From Azolla caroliniana (Eukaryota > Plantae > Polypodiophyta): a DNA stretch of 64,000 bases. A model generated the notes under the pieces. The model made no database searches and was not told the DNA's origin. It saw only the letters and a list, made by a program, of their open reading frames with translations. Of this stretch, positions 10,199-21,943 are shown one piece after another. Position 1 is the stretch's first letter; each line of letters opens with the position of its first letter. The DNA is taken from contig JBHGNT010000001.1 of NCBI GenBank assembly GCA_043228905.1, positions 27,776,001-27,840,000 of the forward strand, written 5' to 3'. The position numbers were made by a program, and so were the translations under genes.

Positions 10199-12055
10199 CT
10201 ACCTTAGAAGGTCATCTGTATCATAGCTACATTGACCAGCTGAAGTAGGAAGAGAGCTAAAACTTGAGTTTTCCTCGACTGACGTAAAAAGTGTGGCATG
10301 TGTAAGTGGTAAAGGTCGATCCGGAATCACGGGTATCTCGGCATCCCCTTGAAGCATTTTCAAAGCTTGGCTCATAGTAGGTCTGAAAGCAACCAAGAGA
10401 TGTGCACAAAGTATACCAACAAGAATAAACCTTTCCATGACATCGTGAGGTGCATCGTTCCGAATCTGTTCATCGACAATACCTAATATGTTTCCTTGTT
10501 TCACCATCACCCATGCCCAATCGGTTATCAACGGATATGCGCCCATCGGATCCAAGGCTTTCCTCCCACTCATCAACACCAAGAGCAAAACCCCGAAGCT
10601 GTACACGTCGCTCTTCTCGGTCAATTGCCCATACAATGCATACTCAGGTGCCAGGTAACCTTGGGTTCCTGCCACTCGAGTGGTCATATGAGTCGTGCCC
10701 TCGGCCGTGACCTTTGCAAGGCCAAAGTCGGACACATGAGCATTGAGGTGTTCATCCAACAAGATATTGTTGGCTTTGATGTCTCTATGTATGATGGCAG
10801 GTTGGATGCCGGTGTGGAGGTACGTGAGCCCTCTGGCGGTGTCCAAGGCGATTGTCCGACGGGCAGACCATTCTAACAAGGGTCTGCCCCCACCTAGTAG
10901 ATACTCTTCTAAGCTTCCATTGGGCATGAAGTCATAGACAAGGAGCCTTACATGTCCTAGCTCAGTGTTGCTCCCAACACAACAGCCCCTTAGAGCCAGC
11001 AGGTTCTTGTGCCTCACACTGTTGATCACCTCGACCTCGTTCTTGAAATCGGCGTCGCCCTCGGGGGTGCAATTCTTGATCCTTTTCACGGCCACGAGCG
11101 TCCCGTCGGGCATGACCCCTTTGTAGACCAAGGAGAAGCCTCCGGAGCCGACGAGGTTGGTCTTGGAGAAGTTGTCCGTGGCGGCCTTGATGTCATCGAA
11201 CTTGTACCAGACCGCGCCGACATTCGGATGGAGGGAGCCGTGCAAGAGCTTCTTGTTCTTGTGCACGAAGTTCTGGTGGTACAACCTGCGGCGCCGGACC
11301 CAGTAAAGCATGAGGAGAATTAGGGTGAGGGCGGCGAGGAGGACGACAATGGCGGCCCCGATGGATCCATAGATGATGAGGCGGTGGGTCTTGTTCGAGG
11401 AGGAGCTCACATATTGGGAGGCTAGGAGGCATGCCGCGGTGGCGGCATTCGTCGGCCCGAACTCGTTGATGATTGCAGATGCATAAAGGACACTGAAATA
11501 GAAGCAACCCGAGTTATTCGGCGAGAGGTTACTGGCGATTATGTACGCCGAATTGGCATCCTGGTTGCAGAGCTGGCACGCGGCCGAGGAAGACAAATCC
11601 CCTTTGCAAGAGGTGTTCATGGCCGTGGGGCCGACCCTTTCGGCCCAATCGCCGGCTGTCTCGATACCCGAGCAGAAATCAGGGCTCCTTATTAACATGC
11701 TGGGGTCCTTGAAATCCGTACAAGCCAGCATAGAGAACCCAAATTTGAAGGATACTCTGTAATCCTCGAGGCACGCGTAGACTGTCGAATTGTCGGGGAG
11801 CTCGAAGTACCCGCTTTCTCGTAAGTAGATCGCTATCCCCAGCCCAAAATGGTTGAAAGATGAGGTGCAGCAGTTTGCGGAGGGGACAGTCACACCTTTG
11901 CATGATTCAGGGAAGTAATTGGAGGCATAGGAGGAGAAATCAATGGGACAAGAAGAAGAAGAAGAAGAAGAAGATGGAGAGACCCAAAAACAGAGGATGA
12001 GGAGGTTAAGACTGATCATTTTAGCAAAAGAGGAGTAAAGAGTGGGAATTGCCAT
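10199..12055 (-). CDS. Receptor-like kinase with Cys-rich SPARK-type ectodomain (RKF3/At1g11050-like)
   Basis: Intronless. Signal peptide (MISLNLLILCFWVS), Cys-rich ectodomain (SCPIDF...NCC...GI+IYLRESGYFELP...C), TM (IIYGSIGAAIVVLLAALTLILLMLYW) followed by RRRR, and an RD kinase (GSGGFSLVYKG, VAVK, HRDIKANNILL, DFGLAK, GTQGYLAPEY). Start placed at ATG 12055 (MAIPT) rather than 12289. Confidence 0.9.
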   Translation of the reverse strand: MAIPTLYSSFAKMISLNLLILCFWVSPSSSSSSSSCPIDFSSYASNYFPESCKGVTVPSANCCTSSFNHFGLGIAIYLRESGYFELPDNSTVYACLEDYRVSFKFGFSMLACTDFKDPSMLIRSPDFCSGIETAGDWAERVGPTAMNTSCKGDLSSSAACQLCNQDANSAYIIASNLSPNNSGCFYFSVLYASAIINEFGPTNAATAACLLASQYVSSSSNKTHRLIIYGSIGAAIVVLLAALTLILLMLYWVRRRRLYHQNFVHKNKKLLHGSLHPNVGAVWYKFDDIKAATDNFSKTNLVGSGGFSLVYKGVMPDGTLVAVKRIKNCTPEGDADFKNEVEVINSVRHKNLLALRGCCVGSNTELGHVRLLVYDFMPNGSLEEYLLGGGRPLLEWSARRTIALDTARGLTYLHTGIQPAIIHRDIKANNILLDEHLNAHVSDFGLAKVTAEGTTHMTTRVAGTQGYLAPEYALYGQLTEKSDVYSFGVLLLVLMSGRKALDPMGAYPLITDWAWVMVKQGNILGIVDEQIRNDAPHDVMERFILVGILCAHLLVAFRPTMSQALKMLQGDAEIPVIPDRPLPLTHATLFTSVEENSSFSSLPTSAGQCSYDTDDLLR

Positions 12056-12336
12056 GGCTCTGTGGCCTGCTCCAAATCTTGTGTGTTTGAAGCTAGCTAT
12101 GGCAGCATGCTCTCTCTGTCTCTGAGAAAACTCTGGCCATAGTAGCCATGGCTTGGATCCGCCCAAAGTCTTTGTGTTTTGGAGCTCTGACCAAATGGTC
12201 GGCACCCTCTCTCCCTGCCTTTCCTTCCATGTGCTGCCTAAACAGCAGAAGGGGCTGCTCAGAGATCCTCCTTTTGCTTTTACCCTCATTCCTTAGCCCA
12301 TTTTGTTCATTCTTCATGTGGAAGAAAACATCTATG

Positions 12337-12440
12337 TACATACATACATACACACACACACACACATACATACATACATACATACATACATACATACATA
12401 CATACACACATACATTCAGACATACATACATACATACATA
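12337..12440. repeat. (CATA)n/(CA)n microsatellite
   Basis: Seen directly, upstream of the kinase gene. Confidence 0.95.
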
Positions 12441-12599
12441 CTTATCATTTATGTTATTGTAGGTTGCTTAGACCCAAGGTTTTGTTCAGAAGTTTGTCGG
12501 AAACTACCGTTTGTGTCTTTTGTCCTGGAGCCTGATATATATGTCCCCACCGACAGCCGCTCATCTATGGCCAGCTCTTACTTGTTTTTGCTATCGAAT

Positions 12600-12925
12600 G
12601 CGCCGGTTGCGTCGGATTAGCACCCCGCCCCCCCCCCCCCCCCCTCCCCCCTTTACCCATTCCCGATCACGCTACACGAATGGCCATGTATTGACATATT
12701 AAGTAAGCTACAAGGCATCGCCTCATTGTGCCTAACAACAATTTGTAGATAGCCTTTGCGTCACACCTAGGCAAGCTGTGTCGGCTTGACAACCCCCCTC
12801 CCCATGCCCAATCATTCTACACGAATGGCCATGGATAGAAATATTAAGCTATTGCATCTGCTTGTTATCGTGCCTAACGACAATTGTGGATAGGCCTTGA
12901 GTCATGCCTGCGCAGTTGCCCGATC
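12600..12925. repeat. Degenerate direct repeat of about 145 bp with poly-C tracts
   Basis: ctacacgaatggccatg...atattaag...gtgcctaac.acaatt.g..gatag.cctt occurs at about 12673 and about 12817, each preceded by a C-run. Confidence 0.75.
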
Positions 12926-14689
12926 GTCTAACGTGTGGAATGGCCTTCCCTATGACCATTCTTTATTCCTTTGCACACCATAAGGTTGGTAGCATTCGAT
13001 ATATATCGATCCTCTTTCTTTTCAACCTCCATACCACACATATATGAATCTCCACCCTTGTGTCTTAACAAACATGTGAACTTAAATTGATCAAAATTTG
13101 GTCCTACTTCATATGCGTCGACATAAATAAGAACCACATCCCACTAAAAACGTTTTTTATATTATGAATGCAATATGCACATTTTAATATATGGCCTTTG
13201 TCTTCTCCACTTGTCCAAACACGCGCACACACACATACAAAAAGGTTCATTTAAAGAATATCACACACAAAGTTTATTTAAAGAATATCTTGGATACATA
13301 AGGTTCACTTAAAAGATGCTTTCACTTTCCTAAACGATTAGATTGTCTCTAATCTCTACTCATTATCAAGGGACGAATTTTAAATATTGCCACTTCGTTT
13401 TAAAACAAGGATATCATGGCTCGTTGGATGGGACATATTATTGTTAGTGATTGTAATAAAATAAATCTTTATGTCATCTCCTTCAATAATAAACTCTCAA
13501 AGAATGATAATTTAGAAGCAATAGCAAACTAAATATGTTTATTTTGAAGGTAAACTTGAAATGACAAAAATTCTCGTTAGAGACAACCTAATTGCCAAAG
13601 AATAATTCTAATGATGCAACTAATTGATAATTTAAAGAATAATTCAAATGATACAATTTTAAAGTAATGGAATACGAACAAATATCGAAGACTTATTATA
13701 AAAAAGTCATGAAATTGCACGTGCTTTTCCACTTGTACCCTTTCAAGTGTTGAAAATATGATACGAACATTATAGGTTCTCGTAGATTGTTTGGTTACAT
13801 GACATGTGTGTGTGTGTGTGTAAAATTTGGCATTGCTTGTAACATGATAGCATTTCAAACATATTGGCCACGCTTATCATAGTTGCCATTTGGGAGTATT
13901 GAGAAGTGGCAATGGTGTGTTGCATTTGAAAGTATAATATAATTGTTAATTGTTGCCATTCCATTATAGCTTGGACACTCCCCATCTAAATATGACCAAA
14001 GTGGAAATAAGTAGAGCAATCCGAATTGATCACTCAATCGAATAGTGAACATTCGAAGAAAGAGAAATCACTTACGAAAGTAAGATCATTTCTTCAGCGC
14101 AAATTTTTCAAGAACCAAGAGGAACGAAAAAGAAAAAAATAAAATGAAAATATGAAAGAAGATCATTTAAACAAAAGTCGTTTGGAAATATGCCCAAGCA
14201 CATATGTATTTGTAGATGAGGATGAGATACTTCTCAAGACAGTTTCATGCTCTCATAAAACAACAATTGCCACCAAATGGCTTCAATCTTGATCGGCTTG
14301 TTGGAGGTTGGAATAACCTAGAGTCATACCATTCCTCGAGGATTCCAATGAACCTTGTTGCAACCTAGTTTGTTATTTTGCAACAACCAATGCCCAAAGG
14401 GAGATTTTGCCAATTCTTATATTTTTCCTTTTAGGTGACTTCACATCAATGATGTTGTCCCATAGGCATGTCATATGTTAGTTCCTCCAAAGGGGACATG
14501 GGGTTATGGTAAAATAGGACCAAAAACTAGAAATTGTACTCTAGCATAAATACAAGATTAACTAGAATGACATTGTTAGGAATTAAGAAGTTAATTCTCA
14601 ATATTTCAATTTGACCATAGTTATTAAGTGATCAATTACTATAAGACTAGTCGACAAGCCAACTTATAAGTTGTAGAGTACTCTATGTT

Positions 14690-14920
14690 GGTCGTGGATG
14701 TAAAACGAGGTCATCATTGGATTTCTTTCCCTATGAACCGTCAAGGTATTGGCTCCACTATTATTCCAACAATCGCAATGGCTCAAGCACGAGAAATGGT
14801 ACATCCTATGGAGAAGAGGAACCTAGGATATACCACAATTGAAGCTTCACGATATACCACAAGCAAAACTAATGAACCTTTAATACCATTGGAACGTAAA
14901 ACATATTTTGGTTCCAATAT
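14690..14920 (+). mobile_element. LINE (L1/Tx1-like) ORF2 fragment
   Basis: HWISFPMNRQGIGSTIIPTIAMAQA then frameshifted KWYI resembles the post-RT motif W..+C.PK..GG+G+.......AL..KW. Confidence 0.45.
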
Positions 14921-16089
14921 TTAAGATTTTAAACAAAATAATTGAGAATGTGTGTGTGCTCAAATGGATGAAGGATGACAGTCAATTTATTGAGTAGTGA
15001 ATTGAGTGAGACATAGTGGCACAATGTGCATGTCCGATGCTTTTGTAACATGTGTTTTGTTGGCAAGCTTATAGCAATGCAAACTCAATAAGAGTCAAAA
15101 TTCAATATATATTTTTGGTTCAATTATGTTTAGCTCAATGATAATGGTGGTTTAGCTCAATTCCTAGTTCCTCATTTTAAGGGTATATAGCCTATTGTTG
15201 TGAGATTAATTTGCAAGTTTTTGGCAATGCAATTACTATTATTATGAGATAGTAAAATTGTAAGCTAAACTCCAATTGATGTTTTCTACTAAAAATTATA
15301 TTATGAATGTGTGAGGTTTGGTATTGTTCAATATAAGATAAGTTCATACATATTTTCGATGCAATTTGTAGTGTAGTGAATTTCATAGTGAGTGCATAGT
15401 AGATGCGAAGCCTCATCTTTTGTCTTTCTTTCATGAAACGTGAGCACCTAACCTAGCATCAAAAGAAAGAGAGTTCAATTTTCAGTTTTCCTTTGTAGAA
15501 GAAGGGTAAGCATTAATTCCAAAGTTCCATTTCTCCTTTACAACAAATTTAAAAGAAAATTGACTGATTGGATATGGTTTCATTGTCTCTAAAGCTTGGA
15601 TAGGTGTCTTTCTTACTTATCTTTACCGACAAAGATTGACTACGGTCTTATGTAATATTGGACAATTTTGTAGTGAGGCCTCCGGCCACTGTAATTCTAA
15701 TACCAAAGGAGGATATATTTTCAAGAAGAAAAAAAGAAGAAAAGAAAATTGATTGATTTCCCTTCTAAGGAGTAAGTAAGATATGAGCACATGATGTGCA
15801 CACCAAATTGAGTGCTTACATTTTTAACATGTTGATGCACACACACCACAATAAGAAGACAAATGTAAATTGTTATCATTCCAAGGAGAAGTATGCATTC
15901 ATTGGTTAGAAAAGCCAATGGATAAGACTAATGACATGGACACGTACAATCATCCATGTGCAAATATCTTTGAAGCATTATATTTAAACACAAACAAGAA
16001 GAGTTACTGTTCATTACAATTGAGTCACATACACACCCCCATCCACATTTGCTAGTTGTGTGACAACATTTGAAATTTGAGGAATCGAT

Positions 16090-16596
16090 ATGGCTACTAA
16101 ATCACTTGTTGCATTCCTCATCATGATTATTGTGTTGGCCTCCACATACTCACATGCAGGTAATTCTTAGTTTTCAAATTTCATCAAATGCTCTTTTAAT
16201 TCATACTTGAATTTTTATTGATTTCTTCTATTTATGCCAACTTGAAATTTAAGTAATGAATTAATCATTTCAGATCCTGCAATTATCAAGCTTTTATCGG
16301 ATCAAATTTCAACTCGTAAGTTCTAGGCCTTGAAACATGAAAACATCAATTCCATACATCCATCTTCTATACTGTGTTTCTTGTATTTTCTTCATAACTT
16401 GTAGATTTGTGTTGTTGAAATAGCTTGTGATGGTATTTGTACCCTGGAGTACTATGACACGGCTTACTCGAGTTGCGGACCCTGGGAAGTGGCGTTTCCT
16501 GCATACACTAATTGTTGCATCCTTAAAAGTTGTATGCCCGATGCATCTGATTGCACTCTTCACCTCAATGATGGTACCACTGTTGATTGTCCATGA
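16090..16596 (+). CDS. Secreted Pin-II-like (potato type II protease inhibitor family) peptide, copy A, 94 aa
   Basis: Exons 16090-16159, 16274-16315 and 16424-16596 with canonical GT-AG phase-1 introns. Protein: MATKSLVAFLIMIIVLASTYSHA-DPAIIKLLSDQISTP-CDGICTLEYYDTAYSSCGPWEVAFPAYTNCCILKSCMPDASDCTLHLNDGTTVDCP. Signal peptide, 8 Cys, and NCC...CTLHL.DG...C as in single-domain non-solanaceous Pin-II. Paralog at 57386-58136. Confidence 0.88.
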
Positions 16597-16602
16597 GTAA
16601 AT

Positions 16603-16700
16603 TGCAATGCTTGTGATGTTTTATTGTCGGTAATGTAGGCTATTACCGATTAAAGTGCAATGCTTGTGGTGTTTTATTGTTGGTAATGTATCCTATTACC
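16603..16700. repeat. Tandem duplication, about 54 bp x2, in the 3' UTR
   Basis: tgcaatgcttgtg.tgttt(t)tattgt.ggtaatgta..ctattacc twice. Confidence 0.85.
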
Positions 16701-17199
16701 ATATCAATAAAGTTATTGTATTTAAATCGGAATGTTCGATTCTATTCCGCGAATTTACAATAACATATTCGTAATAGACTTTTGTTTTATTCAGCTTCTC
16801 ATATTTCTATATCTTAGTCTTGCAAAAGATAATGGTCCCCACTTAATTGCATTTTAAGTTCTCGGGGAATAAATATATTCACTGTGGTTCTCAAGTCAAG
16901 AGCAATTGGATAATTTGGTTTAATATCAATGTGTTCATGTTTGATTGTGGGAAACTTTTTCAGAAGACAATAACTTGATGGTATAAACATTTACACAAGA
17001 AAGAATAATTCTCACTTTTCACAAGTAAGCGTTTATAATAGTTAAGTACTTGTGAAGAGTATGTTCTATGGACACAAAATTCAAAAGTATGATCTCAAAC
17101 GAAGAAGGACATTCAAGTATAAATGATTAATTGTTCATTTCATAAGCATTAGACATCTCGAATTATAAGTAAATAGGCATTTTCTTGATTCTTCCTTTC

Positions 17200-17570
17200 T
17201 TGACCAATTGGCATGCCTAATTTGACCTATTTTTATCTTAATGTTCATGTTCAAGTTCAACTTCCATTTTGGAAACCAAATTTCATCGAGCATGTCATAC
17301 ATGCACATATAAGTTGGGCAGAATTAGGTTACTAACAAAGCACCTCTTTTTGCAAGAAGGCTCGTTGCTACAACAAAAACACTCTTAATTCATGAATGAG
17401 TTGAACTTTTAGTACCATATTGGGCTTGATTTAGACCATATTGGCTCCTCTAAATGTGAGAAACCATCTCCCTCTTACCCAAATTTGGCAAACCTCCTTT
17501 CCTTTAGATATATGTACAATGTCCCAAGATACATTATTTTAAGTTTGACACCATTTTTTTCTTCATGGCG
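17200..17570 (-). mobile_element. Decayed Ty1/Copia reverse transcriptase remnant
   Basis: Minus-strand fragments N.SWDIV...KGK...WV, YGL.QA...WY.KFNSFM and a YDML (YVDDML-like) piece, in Copia RT order. Confidence 0.55.
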
Positions 17571-19083
17571 AGGCTCTATTTGGCTCGACCTTTGAGCTTC
17601 ATTACCTCTTTGTAGCTTATTGGGGTCTCTAGCATTCATCAATGTGCGAATGTGACTATCGAGCTAACCATTGGAGTGCCTTTTGGAGTATGGTTTCTTC
17701 TTCATAACCCAAAGCTTTATTCCCTTGGTTCATTGTGTATTGTGTGGCTATCGAGCTAACCATTGGAGTGCCTTCTAATTCATGATCCTTGTTATCCTCC
17801 ATGAGCTTAGATGTACATTGTCAAATCTAGAGATTCAATGCAATCCACTTGTTTACTATCTCCTCATATATATACCTAGTATTGTAGGATTCTCACTAGG
17901 CTGAACCGATTGGCAATCAAAAGCTCTACTAGCCACCAATTAAAAGTGAAAGAAATGGGTGAATCATCCATATGCTTCTTAGAATTCTTTCTTTCCTGAT
18001 TTCATCACATCTTGAACTTTTTCAAATTCAACATTGCGAACTACAAGTTGATCTTGACCTCAACTCAACCAAAACCTAAAGCTACAAGCAAAAGGTCAAT
18101 GTCCATCATCCATGAGTCATGACCCAATGGAGAATCAATGCCTAATTGATAACTTCATGTACCTACTGATCAACTAATTAGACCTTAATTGCATTGTAAA
18201 CTTGTTTAGCCAATTCTTGGAGACACCACAAAACATGCATCCAGATTGTATTAAGAAGTATAGTGAAGAATCAAAATGCAATAGAGTAAAGGAAATAATA
18301 AATAAGCGAGACTAGAATATATTAAACTAAAATGGTTCAGCAAGAATGAGATGTCTCTATTCGGAGTTCTTGACATCTCTAGAGCAATGATCAAGATTGT
18401 GCCACTCTACAAGATGAAGTATCACCCAATGGCATGATTGTATGAACTTTGAAGGTTGTGTTGTTCTTGAAGTGTCTAGAAACAACTACATTTATGAAGA
18501 CAAAGTACTAAGAGGATGCCTTCAAAAGGTAACCTTAACTTACATGGAAAAGGTGTATCTCTTGAAAGTAATAAGTTATTGATTGAAATCTTGTTTTGAG
18601 CAACTACCTAACATATTTGTGTGATGCGGAAAAACACATTGGGAAGCTTTAAAGAGAAAAACAATTATAGTAGAAAATAATGTGTGTATAGTCATCACAC
18701 ATACGATAAACACATTGGGAGGTTATATAAAGGTCAAAACAATGATAGAGGAAAAGAATGAAGATATAGAATATTGAACAAATGATTTGTATATGCTAAG
18801 AAGGGTGCATCGGAAATAGGGGATTTCGACAAAACAAACTTCCAATTCCCATTGAATTGGAGTGTTTCTAAGAATCCAATGTCTAAAGGCTCGCTATATA
18901 GTGTCGCAACAAACATTTTCTTGCCTATTGCATGTGGGTTATATGAAACATTATAGATCCAATTGCCATTGGCTCACTTTCTAGAAGTTACTAAAACATG
19001 TACAATCTGTTAATAACTTTATTTAATTGAAGATGTCAAAAATAAAAATTACTTACCTTTCCTTACCAAACTCTTTATGAATC

Positions 19084-19230
19084 ATGCTAGACTTAATGAT
19101 GGTTGTGAAATAATTATTCAACAAAAAATTCAATGCTAACCTTAATGATGGTTGTGAAATAATCATTCAACAAAAAATTCAATGCTAGACTTAATTATGG
19201 TTGTGAAATAATTATTCAACAAAAACTTCA
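19084..19230. repeat. Tandem repeat, about 49 bp x3
   Basis: atgctagacttaatgatggttgtgaaataattattcaacaaaaaattca three times, nearly identical. Confidence 0.92.
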
Positions 19231-19531
19231 GAATCTATAATGAAGTATGTAGTTAAGATACATGCAATGTTGCATGAGTTTAAAAACAAATTGAACAAAT
19301 CATCTCTTTCTTTACCTGTGGGAATTTAAAAAGAAAGGTTGTGTCCATTGATGGTGGCCATGGCCCATGACAACATAAAGTTATTGGCACAAGATGAAAG
19401 CTCATAGCCAAACACAAAATCATCGGTCACAAGGAAACCATCCACAATTGTGTGACATGAACTAATTGGTTTCAATACATGCCATTCTACCCCTACTTGT
19501 TTGGATTGGACCAATTTTTTTAACCTGAAAA

Positions 19532-19652
19532 GTACAAACCCATGCCCAATAAATAACCTCAATTGTATAAATGCCAAACGTGAGCACAAACGTACAAACC
19601 CATGCCCAATAAATAACCTCAATTGTATAAATGCCAAACGTGAGCACAAACG
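19532..19652. repeat. Perfect 60-bp tandem duplication
   Basis: gtacaaacccatgcccaataaataacctcaattgtataaatgccaaacgtgagcacaaac twice. Confidence 0.95.
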
Positions 19653-21943
19653 AACAATTGATAATTTATTCAACACCAATTTACGAGGGGTAGCATACCG
19701 AGGGAGATTACTTAAACTTAGAGATGATACTTCACGATTACCAACATAGCCATTGATTCACTGAATCACTACCTATGTATCAAGTAGATATTTCATTTAT
19801 GTTGTGAGTTGTGCATTATGCAACAATAAGTGTTGTATCTTTGATTCCAACTTGTTCCTAGTGTGCACATTACATTGTTTTGTTTGCATTGGAGTGTCAA
19901 GAAATAGAGGTAAAGTTGTGACCATATATAAAGATGACAATTTATGGTCATGAAAGATTGGGTATGTGCACTTTGGGTAGTCTAAGGCCCACAGTGACTT
20001 CTGAAAACAATTGATTTTGCATATAGTTGGCCTGAAACCTATTTTTACACCTCTTTCTTGCACATAAGAATTATGGTTCGCACAACGTACAGGTGCAAAA
20101 TGAGTAATCAGCTATTTCAGACCACATCAACATTAAAGTATATGCATATACAAATTTCTTTAGTACATTCGTGTAGTGCCACATCACGTCGACATAAATG
20201 TCCATCCTAGGATATTGGGTGTGAATCCAACCCAGTTACAATTGATTTGAAATTATGTAATGTCAAAACAATAATTGCCAAAGTGTTGTTAATAAGAAAA
20301 AACATTGCTAAAAAAGGTAACGGGAGTGTATCCTTACAAAATATATGACCCCATTTGACTTCAAATAAACATGCATGTGTTCTTGTGATTCGACAATTAA
20401 TTCATCTCTTCACACATGTGTCTAATATGTTATTTCATAATTCATCAATACATTGACAAAGTGCTATGAAAATAAGGTCTTCTTAATTATGTGGATACAC
20501 ATACACATAGGTTATTATGTATGCATAACAAAGGATCATGCTTAATAACTATGGACAATGCATGGATATTTTCATTCGGGTGTACACTCCAACGCAAGCT
20601 TGATTTCAGATTGATTTAGATCAAAGTAAGGCAAACACATGCTAATAATAATAATAATACATTCACGGGAAACAACACATTATATTCTCATAGGAGAGGG
20701 AGGAAGGCAACATCGAGATATATAGAACATCTCAAACCATTGGAGATATCCCAAGAACATAGGAACCCATCCCCAAAATAGCTAGAGCTTGCACGGGCAC
20801 CCAATTGTTATTGCATGTTCAATGTTACCCGTTTGGAATGTTGTGGATGAGACCTCGCTTATTTTGGAGATGGTTATGAAGGTTCTTTTGTCAAGGTGGT
20901 TTTGTAGTTATAGTCATGTCTTTTTAACCACATCTCTCTTGGTTTCCAACAACATAACTCCTCACTATAATTAGTTTTTGTATTCCAATACATTACTAGT
21001 AAACCAAATACATCGTGAGAAAAATTAGTACAACAGCAAAACCAATGTTCCTCCAAATTCATATGCCCCAATGACAAAATGTAGAGAGGGCTGATTCTTC
21101 CATACAACATTATGTAGTGCATGACAAATGTTTACAACATCTTCTCACTTTGGGTAGATTAGGTTGAATCATTTATATTTGATGTAATAATGAGATCCAA
21201 TATTTATTTTACATTAAGAGAAACACAAGTGACACAAAAACAATACGATCTGCATTAGAATGATTCAATCTAACCATACCATAGTAAATAACTTTACACA
21301 AGCTCATGTAGAGGAGAATATGTGGCACGAGCATTCAAAGTTCATATTAAACACAATGACTTCTTCTACTCCACCATCATTTGGTGAATATGAGAGATGA
21401 TAAGAGAGGACCCATTGGCATTGCCTTCTATATCGATGGGTTCTCTTCATCGTTTCTGATATGGAGAATCACTCTCCTACCTGGATGATATATCAATCTC
21501 ATAGAAATAACTTGATTTCAATATTTCTCACTTGTCCAAAAACATGGACCATTTTTTTTATATATTGATTGAATATACTTCATAAGCACATTTTAGTAAG
21601 ACAATAATACCAAATGCTTTGCTTTTTTGGGTTATGTTTCAACACAATTATATACATCCAAGCCGGGGTGCGAAGCACCCAGTGGAAACGTAGATTGTTT
21701 CCACGTAGTTTCCAAGATAATAATAAGGAAAAAAGGTTGGGAGATCAAATTGTACCATCCCACGTAATTTACCAGTTAACAATACCAACCGTCAATAGAA
21801 ACCTCTCGGATTTCCCATCTTTGGAATTACCAAGTGCTACAATGGTATCAAACAAATTTACCCACCAGAACAATTTGCATTCACATTTTTACGAGACAGT
21901 TATGGATAATATTACTGATAATCAAATATATTGAGATGTTCAC

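Noticed and set aside
12056-12702. 78-aa N-terminal extension of the kinase and overlapping short ORFs
   Set aside because: The extension precedes the signal peptide. The other ORFs derive from (CATA)n and poly-C tracts.
19084-19230. Regular repeats resembling a CRISPR array
   Set aside because: Head-to-tail tandem units with no unique spacers, eukaryotic context and no cas genes.
19700-21300. Possible decayed DNA-transposon coding sequence
   Set aside because: Only vague Cys/His/Trp fragments; no diagnostic motif could be assigned by eye.
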